64,000 bases of DNA. It comes from Yuukianura sp. NJ FZ-2021 (Eukaryota). Below, piece after piece: positions 1 through 12,582 of this stretch (the first letter of the stretch is position 1; each line of letters begins with the position of its first letter). A model generated the notes under the pieces. That model made no database searches, was not told where the DNA came from, and worked only from the letters and a program-made list of their open reading frames with translations. The position numbers and the translations under genes are program-made. The stretch is from assembly GCA_046563655.1 (NCBI GenBank), contig CM102290.1, positions 11,532,001 to 11,596,000 on the forward strand, written 5' to 3'.

Positions 1-2035
1 TTATGATTTTGAATTTAAAAAAGAACAAGAGAAGTTGGGCGCTTTGTTCAAATGGAATTGGATCTAATTTCTTCCCTTTGTGTTCAGGAACGGATTGGTT
101 CTCGATACGAGTACATACAGAGTTATGGTGGAGTTGGTTCAAAAACCGTATTAGATTTGCGGCTCTTTTAAACATGCAGAGTTCCCTTGTGCTGGTTTTT
201 TCCTCCTTGGAGGCTCAAGTCCTCCGGAATAATCGCTTTCACTTTTCAGTTTCGAATTTTTTTAAATTCCGTCGCGCCCTTTTTCCTTTCCGTACACTTT
301 CTCCACGTCCAAAGTCCTTATTTTGAGATTGGAGCGGGAAGGAAGGAAGGGAAAAATTTCAATCATTCCGTGAAGTCGAGCTTGAAAATTGAAATGTAGA
401 GGAAGCAGATGCTTTGATATCATTTCCCTTGTCATCAGCCACCAGATCATGTTCGCCCCCTTGTTTGATGGAAACCAAAAGCAGAGCACACACAAGACCT
501 TCACAAAATACCCGCCTTTTCCCGCTTTCTTTACTGTTCAAGAAACTTTCCGTTTTTTCTATTTTTTTGAAAAAAGAGAAAGGGGTAACAATACCGTTTT
601 TAGAGCCGAATAAACAGGATTTTGATCTGAGCAAAAAGTAGTCACACACAAAAAGGATGAAAAGATCACAAGCGTCTTTTACAAATCGTATCCAACGTAG
701 ACAAGAAAAAAAATTTGACATTTAATATAAAATTTTGAAAAATTCCTAATTCAATTTGTAAGAAAAATGCTCAAAATACCTGAACTCGGCTTAACTTGAC
801 CCAGTTTAAATCTAAACCTAGACTATTTCTAGCTTAAGCTGGTTTAAGCTAACCTTCACCTGTAGAATGCAGCCCCAAGATTTTTTATTAGAAATTTTTT
901 TTTTCGTTTTTTTTAAAGGTGGGGAGAGGGAGTAATGGCTCCTGTTGCAAATCCCCAGAGAATGATTTCAAACAGTTAGGTTTTGAATTTGTTCAACGAT
1001 CTACAACGAGGAAATGCGGATGCGAAGATTCAAAGTTTTTTTGGGGCTGGTTGAGAATTGATTGTAGACTTGAGTGGAGCTTAATTGGTTCTGGAAAGCC
1101 TTTTCCCTGGATATCCCGACCGGGGTAAGTTGAGACTCTTATGGAGATGAGAAGCAGGATAATTTAATTTCTACGACACAGTTGATCCTCCTTGGATGAA
1201 GGAGTCAAGTGAGCCCAAAACGCTTTTCCCCACCACCGCCACGGTTTTTCTTTTAAAGTGAAGGATCTGGTTGCTACTTGTGAAGGAGGCAGGTTTAAAT
1301 GCAAGAGCTCTCAGTTTCTCAGTTTGAAAATGCAATATCCGAGGAATTTCATTTTGAAAAGATGGGATCTGGCACTAACCCCTTAAAGGACTGTTTATCC
1401 TTCCCGCGCCCTTCTGCCTCCTGTCTTCCGCCGTGTCTCGACGGGGGGAGAAAGCAGCTTTCTTCCTTATTTAACGACTTCAAACCAAAGTAGAAATGGG
1501 AACAACGCAACTACAACTTTCTTCATTTTCATACTTCCCGCCACAAAAATTGAAAAATAAAACTGTTCCCAACCCAGTTCTAAACGATTAAGCTTATTTT
1601 CATTTTCGAGAAAAAAAGCTGGTATAACCTTTATTTTTACAAAGAAAATACTGCCCTAACCTCCGTTTTTCAAAACAAAAAATTCTTCTAACCTGCATTT
1701 TCAAAAAAAAAATAATAATAATAACTATGTATTACGTTCGTTTTTTTTTTCAAAGGAGGGAAGAAAAAAAAAAGTATCCCAGATCACCTATAAAAATAGG
1801 CGAATCTGAAGGGAGGATCATGCAAATTAAAAAACGCCACAAAAATATGGAATTTGGAAAATTGAAATGAGGAATTTTGAAATTAGGTCAAATTCAATCC
1901 TAGTTTAAATTCTAAGCTAATTAGTTATTAATCCGAAGTTGGTTGAACTGATGTAACGCTCGTAATGTAGTTAAGTCATGTGTTAGGATTAGGTTAGTTA
2001 AGTTGAGTAATGTCCATGCTTTGCAAACCTAATTT

Positions 2036-2050
2036 GAGGTCAATGACCTC
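2036..2050. promoter_or_regulatory. Perfect IR-1 nuclear-receptor palindrome (EcR/USP-type element) in the inferred RNF220 intron
   Basis: GAGGTCAATGACCTC = AGGTCA-n-TGACCT plus one extra palindromic pair. Function is inferred from the motif only. Confidence 0.45.
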
Positions 2051-2856
2051 GGAATACTAAGTTTGGACTGGTTAGCCCAACTACTAAAGAGATTGAACCG
2101 AATCGGTGTTTCCAGATTTTGAAATAAGTGGGCGGAATAAGCCTATTTCGCGCCCTTTGTCCCTGTGTTGGTGATGTTCGGTGTGTCCAGACGGAAGCAT
2201 CTTCTTTGTGTCCGTGACTAGAATTGAGTTCAAAAGTTTTTGGCGCTTTCAAGGTTCAAAGCTTGCCTCTGGACTGGAGCCGAGTGTGAACTTTTGTATT
2301 TTCCCAGGAAAAGTAAAGCGTGGAAGTGAAAGTGGCTGAGGATGGATGTGATGAAGATCAGTTTCCAATCTAATCCAAATCCAAATGGGCTTTCACCACT
2401 TTCACCGCACGTTCCCCACACCCTGCCAGAATCCCTCCACAAAAAACACTTCCCCCGGAATCCCCTACACTAAAACCATCATCATCAACCACCAAAGGAC
2501 CCACTTTCACTTTCAAATCTCAAAAAAATCCCAGGCAACAACTCAATTCTAATCATTCAGCCTTCCCTGACTTACATATTCTGCTTTAGCCTATAAGCAA
2601 TTCCAATAAAGTTGCGTGATAACCCAATTCATAACCTCACCCTACCTTAACAAACCTAAATTGAGTTTTGCAGATTAGGCGAATAACCTTATTGGCCTAA
2701 TGTTACTATTCTGTTTCTGGAAAAGTAGAGCTAGGTCAAAATTTTTTTTATATAAATTTACACAAACTTGGCATCCTTCACGTTTTTTTCTCAAATGTGA
2801 GAAAAAATTTTCAACTACGATCTTCGCTTTAAATTTTTTTCCCGGTGCGTAACGCC

Positions 2857-3847
2857 TAGGGGTCGGAATCCGGATTTTGGCTCCGGATTCAAATCCGGAT
2901 TTTTGACGGATTCGGATTATCCGAAATCCGGATTTTTAAATTCTGAAATCCGGATTTCTACGGATTTCAAGAGCTATTCGAGGACATGTGCGATGTGCGG
3001 TATCAAAAAAAAAAGCCAACCTCAGATATACTCAATTTCAGGGTTCGTAAAATACCGTATTTTGTATTGTTGTGCCAATGTTGTGCTAATGTTGTGCTAA
3101 TGTTGTGCCAATGTTGTGCTAATGTTGTGCCAATGTTGTGCTAATGTTGTGCCAATGTTGTGCCAATGTTGTGCTAATGTTGTCCCAATGTTGTGCTAAT
3201 GTTGTGCCAATGTTGTGCCAATGTTGTGCTAATGTTGTCCCAATGTTGTGCCAATGTTGTGCCAATGTTGTCCCAATGTTGTGCCAATGTTGTGCTAATG
3301 TTGTCCCAATGTTGTGCTAATGTTGTGCTAATGTTTTGTCAATGTTGTGCTAATGTTGTGCTAATGTTTTGTCAATGTTGTGCTAATGTTGTGCTAATGT
3401 TGTGCCAATGTTGTACCAATGTTGTGCCAATGTTGTGCTAATGTTGTGCCAATGTTGTGCTAATGTTGTCCCAATGTTGTGCTAATGTTGTGCTAATGTT
3501 TTGTCAATGTTGTGCTAATGTTGTGCCAATGTTGTGCCAATGTTGTGCCAATGTTGTGCTAATGTTGTGCCAATGTTGTACTAATGTTGTGCTAATGTTG
3601 TGCCAATGTTTCATTTTTTTTCAACACTAGTAATTTGATTCAAAAAATAAACACGCCGAATTTATCATCAAGGTTTTAGCTACGAGTGTTTCCAACCTGA
3701 ATTTCTGACAGCTTAAACCAATTTTGAATTTCTTATGGGAGTTAACACAGAAATTGAAATCCGGATTTAAATCCGGATTTCAGGATTGAAATCCGTCAAA
3801 ATCCGAAATCCGGATTTTAAGAAACCCGCTCCGGATTCCGACCCCTA
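2857..3847. mobile_element. Non-autonomous hAT-superfamily DNA transposon (991 bp)
   Basis: Perfect 18-bp TIR TAGGGGTCGGAATCCGGA / TCCGGATTCCGACCCCTA. Identical 8-bp TSD GTAACGCC at 2849-2856 and 3848-3855. Multiple subterminal ATCCGGAT palindromes at both ends. No transposase ORF. Confidence 0.93.
3068..3610. repeat. 11-bp tandem repeat (TGTTGTGCYAA)n, about 49 units, inside the hAT element
   Basis: Continuous array with variants TGTTGTGCCAA, TGTTGTGCTAA, TGTTGTCCCAA and TGTTTTGTCAA. Confidence 0.97.
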
Positions 3848-6800
3848 GTAACGCCATAGCGAACAATGTAAGTTATGTGTTGAAGGGATCCAGAAATTTT
3901 TACTTCTATTCTTATGGCATGGGGAAATTAAACAATAAAAATCCACCATTTCCACCCCTTCATCCCCCACTTCTTTTCGTTTCAGGAACTTGTGAAGTTA
4001 CGAGCTCAAGCTAAGTTGCTACAATGCTTAATTTGAAAATTCCCTCCATGTAGAGTCGTTATTCTGCAAAGCATTATGGTTGCCATTATGTGCTAAATTA
4101 TGTGCAACTCATCTTTCGCATTCTGCTCATATTTGACAATAGATACACAAAAACTACAGAATGACGAGCCGTCATTGACGACGGTTCAGTAATTTCAACT
4201 CCTGTCACACTCACACCTAATCAATCACCGCCTAACCAAACCATTCAAATAGCGTAAGGGGAGATGAAAGCCAATCAAAACTTAGTCAGAGACAAAGATG
4301 CTCAAAGGAGAACAAAAAATGGCAATTCAAAAAATCCCGCCTCGTGCCAATAGTTCTAAGAGGATTATCATTACAAGCACATCTTAAGTTACGCATTTCT
4401 TTGTCTCAAGTTTTGACACTGTCATCTTCACTAAATCTAAACAGTTGACAGTGATGGAGAGCTTGGACGATACACATACTTGAAGACCCTTGGACACCCT
4501 TAGAAAAGTGACACCAAGGTTCAAGTGGACAGCAGTTCTAACTTCAAGCACCGATTTGATGAGAAGGGGGCCCTTATTTATTGTCTCATTCTTTGGTTGT
4601 TTCGGTTGTCAGGGGATGAATCATTAGGCACTTCTGGAAGGAAGGCTGTTCCAGAATAGGGAATGTGGAGTGTTGAAGGAGCTTATTCAGTTTTCGCTGG
4701 AACAAAGTCTCATTTGCACCAGCTGCCGCTTCCAGCAGCTCACTTCCAGCGATCCTCTCCAGTCAGTCACCACTTGACTGGAGAAGTCGACGAATGGATG
4801 GGAGACTATGCCCTATTTCTGTCCAGGACGAGCACACTGCTTCAAGCAAATGAGTTATCTTCAGCTAAAGCATTCTGCTAAAGCCTAGCAGTCCAACCCA
4901 GGATGGCTATACGAGCTGAGCTGGACTGGTCGCCAAAAGTAGACATAAGCAAGTAGCGACAGACAGAACTTTTTGGACCAGCTTGTCACCCTGACCACAT
5001 CCAGCATATTCTCCTCGTCAGCAAAGGGAAGTCAGCTTGACCTAGCATATTGTTGACCTTGTTGTTATGCTAATGTCGTCAAATGTTATAGCTACCAAAT
5101 TCAGTGACAGTGCTGGGCAACAAAGTCAACCACCAATATTTCGATGTATCATGTGTCAAACCTCAAGTTGGTTTAAAAAAACATGCCAAAGTACATAACC
5201 TGTAGAAGAATTGGAATATTTTTGAAGTCTGGCAAAGGGCAGTGGTTCTTCAAATTTAGAGCAGCGGGCAGACGGACATCGAACTTTCATGAAGTAGCTC
5301 GCTGGCAATGAGTTAATAAGAGAAAGGAGGGAGAATTGAAAGTCTGATCATTAGCCAAGTGAAACAGATTGACATCCGTCTCCCTCACCATCCAGCACGA
5401 CCACTACTTTCTACTACTGCGACCATTTCCCACACTTCAACTTCAACAGTCCAACTTTTCCTTTTGATGAGTCAAATCCCAGCCTTGTCTCAACTTTCAG
5501 AAGACTATTAGCCAGAAACTATGCAACTGAACAAGAGAAAACAGCCACTTTTAAACACTTTCTGCCTCAAACATCCATTTCTCTTCAAATCTCCCGCCCA
5601 AGTCATTTATCATTTCCTCTCAGTCAGTGCGATAGCCATCAACAGCGGTTCAACAACTCCGTCAGATGACCAAACCCTGGAATAAGGCCATTAGCTCGAA
5701 AACAAAAGCCGCAAATTACAATTAGCTCGAAATTAAACAACATCATCAAGAGATTGCCATCATTTGACTTATGATTTGACAGTACAAATAGTTTATATTT
5801 TAAGTCAGTTACTACGCCAGTATTTTTAATTTTCCGTTTCGCGGTTTTTGTACTTCGACGTTTTGGTTTTTGGAACATTGATATTTTACTGGCGAAACGC
5901 CGAAAAATTACTGTATTTAGGACAGAACGCAGAAAACTCAACGTTTACCGCCAAGTTGTAAATTTTTTTTAAAACTAAAACAAAACTTTTGTATTTACCT
6001 GCATTTACTTTCGAAAACAATGTTTTAGTCAAAGGAAAAGTTTTAAATTGAATTAAACGAAAGTTTATTATAGTTCAAAAAGTTGCGTCTTTTCAACAAA
6101 TTTGGAAAACAAAGAAATTCATGTTTCCAGAACCTAAAAATTATATTTTAAACTCCTATTCTTTCTTAGAATATAAGTTTTACTGAAATATTTCGCATAC
6201 TTTCAAATTACGAATACTTTCCCTCTAAAATTATTCAAATCAAATCTTACACAACATGGATTGAGTCAAATTCGTTTTAAACTTTGGCGTGTAACCTGCT
6301 TTATCCTAGTCTGAAGAACTCCCCTCACCCCTTATCACAGCACAAGACTCATTAATCAGCCCTTAACAAGCCTTCACCCTTGTCAACAGTAGAAGCTTAC
6401 CTACCACTACTACCAAACGGCGCCAAAACTCAACTTGTAACAAACTTCAAAGTGAAAAAAGTGTTAGGAAAACCCTGTTCTTACAAAACTTTTTTCTGTT
6501 GAGCCCCAAAGTCTTATGTTTGAAAAAGTAAGAACCTGAATCAGCTTTCTTTTGAGTAGAGAGAAAGTAAAAGTCCGATTTTGAGACATGGCACGAAAGT
6601 GGTCATCATTCAAAAAAACAAAAGGTGGCGAGGTGGTACTATCCTCCTACTGACTTAGTTGGCGCTGTGAGTTCAAATCCTAGAACCGTCTAAATGAATC
6701 TGAAAGTCTCATTCCATTAGGCTATGACAAATTACCCGCCTTCTTCTTCTGAGCCTAATTAAGACTTCTTCAGTAGAACTATACAAAATCAGTTCAGAAA

Positions 6801-7839
6801 CAAAAGTCACTCACTACGGGACTAACCTAACTTTTCGTTCATCAATGGCATTTTGGTGCTTTTGAAGAAGGAGCCAAAATTGGTCCAAAAAGAAACTAGA
6901 AAGTGCGGCCCACCCTCGGTAATTGAATGTACAGATTACCATAATTGAATTTGAGCATTTGAGCATTTAGCTACTAACACTTTGTTGTCCTGGGACCGAA
7001 TTCAAAAGAACTGGGCCTTTTCTATCCCTTTTCCCGCCAATCCGAATGAGATTTAGTGGGAAAATTCAAAAAGAAATGAAAAAGAGTCAACATCATATTT
7101 CTTCATTTCATCACTCTTGTACACACACGCACAATAGGCAATTAGAAAGTGAATAGATTTTTTTTTGAAAAAGGCCGCTTCATCATCACTTTGTATCAAA
7201 TCCTAGAGGGGCCCTTAACAAGGGTGCCTCTGTTGCAATCCATGTTAAGGGTACCCTAGAGTATGGGTGTAGGGGACTTACGTTCGTTTTTTTTTGATCC
7301 GTTGGAACAATAGTAATTGAACGCTGAGCTTATTTCCAAAATTGAAATCATAAAAAATGGAATGTGGATTTTGAGCGGAAATGTTCGGAGAGGAAAGTGC
7401 GGGAAAAATAATTTTTTGAAGTTATGAAATCCCGGGCCAGATGCTTCCATTTTGAGGATCCTCTGTGCTGTGGATTTAGGCAGAAGCTTAAGCAGCGTAC
7501 GACTCCGTAATCTCCTTAATCCACCTTCTGGATTTACCTAACCAAAACTTGGTAAAGACCGATTTGAGCTCTAATCCCTGTGGACACCAACTGGACAATC
7601 CCAGCAAACTGGAGGCGCCAAATTTCAAATTTTTAGAAACAAAACATGCCGGGTTACATACTAACTTGTGTACAATTCAAATTTCACTCCTACCCAGGCG
7701 TATACACCAAGACTTCTTTCTGGTACACTGAATTTATACATTTCAAATTCAGTGTTTTCGCCGTTAAACACCGTATATACTACATTCAAAATTTCGTAAT
7801 TGCTACCTATAGTACACGGTTTAAATTTGAACGTAAGTA

Positions 7840-7984
7840 CAGAGGACCCCCTCAATTAACAACAAAAAACCTCGACCCTTTCTCCATCTCTTAGTGTGGA
7901 ACCTAAATGAGGCTTCCTTTGCTGCCCCGCGAAAAAATAGAACAAAAGTTGGGGTTTTTTGTTTCTAATTGAGAGGGTCCTCTG
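7840..7984. mobile_element. Tc1/mariner-type MITE (145 bp)
   Basis: Imperfect TIRs of about 32 bp: CAGAGGACCCCCTCAATTAACAACAAAAAACC vs reverse complement of the right end CAGAGGACCCTCTCAATTAGAAACAAAAAACC. TA on both flanks (7838-39, 7985-86). Confidence 0.85.
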
Positions 7985-10900
7985 TATTTAGAATTTATGC
8001 AGAATACATTCCAAATTTTCTGCTAATGCTTGCGTACATTCTGAATTTCTGCTCCGTATTTTCAAATTCCGCCGCTACAACATTCGTCCGGTTTTGAAGA
8101 AGTTGGCCGCTTATAACTTACGTTATAGATACAAGGAAAGCAATTAAGTCAAGGGAGGGCCAGGCAGGGTGACGATGAGAGCATCATGCGCCTCAACATT
8201 ATTCAATTACGACCCCGTAAAACGGATGGAGCGTAGGGTAGGGTCCAAAGTTGTGTCCCTATGTCCTGTTAAGTACCTTGTCCTCACTCTATTGTGAAGC
8301 CGAGGGGGGTCAGTGGGTGGGGAACAATGCCCCCTTAATGGGTGGGGTGACTTTGGAACCCTCAGTAGTTTGTGCGGCTCCTGAACTCATCTCCCACTTA
8401 TTTCCTGATAAATGAACAACGAGCCTTTTTGACAGTTTGAGAAATAAGGAAAACGTTCAGATTAGATATGGAACATAAATTAGGAAGATCCGCTCAATGA
8501 AGGAGTCCCCAAGTCCCCCCTTGTCACTGGGCTCCCCATCATCAAACAATAGACTCAAACCGGGGAGACGCGCTCACTTTTCAAATTCCAGCGCCGAAAT
8601 CAATGGACTTTCTGGGGTAACTTCCTCATCAAACGGAAAACTTTACAAATATTTCATTATGACCATACGAACAGAAAAAACAGGCTGAACTGATTTCTAT
8701 GTCTACCCCTCCCGCTAGTTATGAACACCATGTTTAGAAAATATCGAATTCAAAAATTTCAAAATTCAAATTCCCCGCTCTCCCTCTTTTGTCTCCTGAC
8801 CAACCCGCGGAATGTAATTGCGGTTGAGCTGGAGAATGCAATTTGTCACTTGAGCGGAGAAAGTTTTAGTTTATTTTTTTCTTTTGTAAACAAAAATCCT
8901 TCCTATCTAGTACTAACTCTGAAATGAAATTTCAAAAAATGACGCCAAAATTTTTCCACCCCTTTCCCCTCTGCTGCTGGAACGTTATTTTTTGAACTTG
9001 TAGAGACCCTAAATCAAGCTATTAATTTTTTTGTGCGTCTTTTGTTCTTTTAGTTTAACCTCACATTAGATAAAGTAGGTAGATAAATCTTGGTTAAATT
9101 GGATGTAAAGATGAGTTTAGGACTTTCTCCCCTTCCTTCTCCTTTCACCAAACCTACTCCACACAAATGTTCACTCTCTGGAGAATGAACTATTGCAACA
9201 AAAAACTTCCAGAACCATTTAGGACTAAAAAAAAACGTTTTTCGAAAAATTTCAAAAAAAAAATGGAACACTGTGGGATTTGGACCAACAGAATTAGTCG
9301 CCCGATTACTTCCGATTCTAAGTCCTGAAATCCCAAAGAAGTTAAAAACGCTGTACACAGAAGCTGAATGCTCTCGACATGCTTCCGGAATGACATCGCG
9401 ATGACAATGACAGCAAGGCAGCATGTCAACTGACACTTTTTTGGCGGGAATTTTCTGAATCCAAAATTTAAAAAATTTAAGACCGCCTTAACATCAGCAT
9501 CATCATTCATCAGGACTGGATTTTAATAAGGCCTGAACTCCTCTGGTGACAGAATCTACGCTCCCTTATTACTTCCTGTCGGATCATAATAATAACAGTA
9601 ATAATAGAGACCTCCAACTTAACCTCTCCAGTGGATCCAGGATTTAAAAGTTCCCGCCAACCCCCCCTCCCTTCTACCACAAACACTACCACCCCCCCCC
9701 TCTCGAGACTTTAGGGGGGGGGGTTCTGCTACACCTTGTCTCTTCAGTCCAATATTCCAGAGACATAAATTTCATAGAGTCTTGCTGGGGAGTTGGACTG
9801 CCACTAAGGCCCCTCCACCAACGAACTTTCTTCTCATAAATATATGACTCTGATAACTCCCGCCATTACAACCCCCCCCTCTTTTGCTGTAGGGGGGGGG
9901 GCAAGTGGCGGGTAGTTTCAGTTTGAGAAGAAAGTTGTTGGCTACGAGCCTTTGAGTGAGACAGAAAGAATAGGGAGAGACGGTTTTATTTCGTTTTTGG
10001 GCCCATTGAAGCTGAGATTATTGCAACCGCTGGAATTTATCATTTTGAGATTCCCGCAAAGTCCCGCCGAGCTTTTTTCGTCCCGCGGTGTGCCGCTCCA
10101 CGTCTGTCGACGAGTCTTTTATGGTCAGTGGTGGTTGAGGGAACTGTTAGTCCAACAATCATGTCATCCTCCACTGGCTACTAACTTAAACTAACAATCA
10201 ACTATAACGTAGTAGTATGAGGAATGACCAGGGAAACATTCCATATGGACCTATAAACCTATGGACAGCGGTCCAACATGGCGGCCCATAATGTCAAAAC
10301 CTTATTATATATCACTCTTCTTTTGCTCTTATTAGTGAGGTGGGGCAAGTGGGGCAACTATGACTCTGATTTATGACAACCCCCCCCCATCCTACGGAGT
10401 CATAATCGTAGTATACTCCTCTCTTTCTTTCAGAGGAAATAACGTTTTTATTAGGCCTCACGGACAGTCCGGAATGGAGCGGAGCGGGTATTTTCAAAAA
10501 AAAAGTCAAAGAAAAAACTTTGTGTCAGAATTCCGAAGGAGGAAGCAAAACCGCTGGGAAACATTTGCAAAAAGCGTGTATTCATATGTAGAGAATTTGT
10601 AACTAACTTTTTCAATAACAAATTTTGAAAAATTGTGAAAAATTTTTGGTTGAAACTGTACGTTTGGTATATTTTGTTGTATTCGAGGCTAATTGTAGGT
10701 TAATATTTTGGTTTCGTGGTAGTGTCTAGTTGGGTTTCTTAATAAAAGTGGGGAGTGACAGGGTATGATGAATTAGTTTTTGGCGGTAAGGTTCCCGTGC
10801 TTTTGAAGTTGGAACGTTTGAAAGACGGAACTTGTCCACGGGGACAGATTTATTTGACACATGACAGATTTGTACTTGTTGGTATTTATGTTCTCGACAA

Positions 10901-12582
10901 GTTCTGGAAGATGTTTGGGTCCATGGCAACGGCCTCCGTTGTCTCCACTTTCACTTAAACTTTCCTCCCTCTCTTCCAGGCTTCCTTGGGCACTGTTTGG
11001 CCCAACAAGAAAAAAGGAGGGAAGATTCAAGTGAAGTAGAAGCTAACATGACTTGACTCTTGGACTCTCGGAGGACTTCCATACCACTTGTCAGCCAACT
11101 AAACATCTACTTAAGTCCTAGTCTCAGCACAAGTCTTAGTCAAGGATGTTACAAACACCACTCAAATCATCCCTCCTTTCACCAGAACAACAGACCGGGC
11201 TCAACTCAGTCTCAACGTGCCCCAATTTCTCCGAAAAAAATCATCTCGTTTTCTCCCTCCTTTCTCCTTCCAAAAATCACACAAAATTTCTTTCATCTAG
11301 CTGCAAACACTCACTGTCAAATAATTACGCAAATTTTCTATTCAAATATATGTTCAAATTTATACCTTTTTCGAAAACAATTCAAATTTTTAAAGTGAAT
11401 TTCAGCTCCAGAGTAAAATCAAGGAAGAAATCATATTTGCCATTTCGGAAAAAAATTCGCGTCCTATTCTTAAATTCGAATTTTAAGTAAAATTCAACCA
11501 GGAAGGCAAATCTGTTCAAAAAATGTAAGCAATTGATAAAAGAAAATTTTGAAAATGTTTAAGTTTAAATTAGGATTTTCAGTGATTGAGCTCATAAGTA
11601 AGCCAGTACTTTGTGTTCATTTCGGTGGTTTAGAGGACGACAAAGGAGGGTTTGTTCCTTCACTCTCCATTGTTTTCTCCAGCGATTTTGAGCAGGTAAA
11701 GTTAATACTTTGTACTTTGTCTCCTTTCTCTTGCTAAAGTTTAAAGTTTTAGAAAACAAAGGGAATTGTCAGCACCATGAACTCAACAACTTCAAGTTTC
11801 CCGCACTGGAATTTGAAATGAAAATGGAACAAAAGATGACACAACTTCCAAGTTAACTGTCCCTCCAAACGACAACCTTCAACAGGAGGAATTCACAATC
11901 ACTTTCTCCCCTTTCTCTTTTAAAGTCTATGTTTATACAACGAAACTATCAACTTAAGTTAGCCTTTACACAAACCTTAACTTTTCAAGGAAATTTGTGA
12001 ATGAAATTCAAAGTTTGAAACATTCAATAAGCACAACCTTCAGAATATTTGAAATTGGGAAAATCAAGAATGTCTTGTAAAAGTTGCAAAAAACACAGTT
12101 TGCAAGGTTATGTTTTTCAAATTTTGCTAAATTTGGTCAGCGGGATTTCCAAAAAGCCGAAAATTTGGAAACATTTGGAAACTCCGCCTGCAGTGAAACT
12201 TTGGCCATGATTTTCGGTGTCTAGTTGGACTGTAGAGAAGTAGGATTTTGCAGATAATGAAATTACGTGTCAAATCAACAACTCCGAGTTTATCCGAAAA
12301 TCCAAACTGAACCCTAAGCTAACCTAATGTTTCATTTCCATTATTCCTCCCCACCCACAACTACTTTATCCACCCCTGTTCCACTCCGCCCCTACTCATT
12401 CAACCACCCAAAACGCTAGTTCAAATAAGTTCAAAGTCCGGAAACGTCCACTTTCTCACTTAAGCAGTAAACTCTGTTAACCAATGAAGCCGAAAGTAAA
12501 TCAGTTGACACTTTGTTGCACAAAAATGAGAAACCCTCATTTTTTGCCTTGAAATTTCGAAAACAAAATATTTTGGACTTAC

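Noticed and set aside
785..876. MITE-like end (...TGTAGAATGCAGCCC) with TTAA-rich interior
   Set aside because: No matching opposite TIR or TSD found.
3138..3441. Cys-rich ORFs (CCANVV repeats) resembling a metallothionein; array also superficially CRISPR-like
   Set aside because: They are translations of an 11-bp tandem repeat inside a hAT element, with no unique spacers, in a eukaryotic context.
4053..4170. Weak inverted ends TCGTTATTCTG / CAGAATGACGA
   Set aside because: Too short and degenerate, with no TSD.
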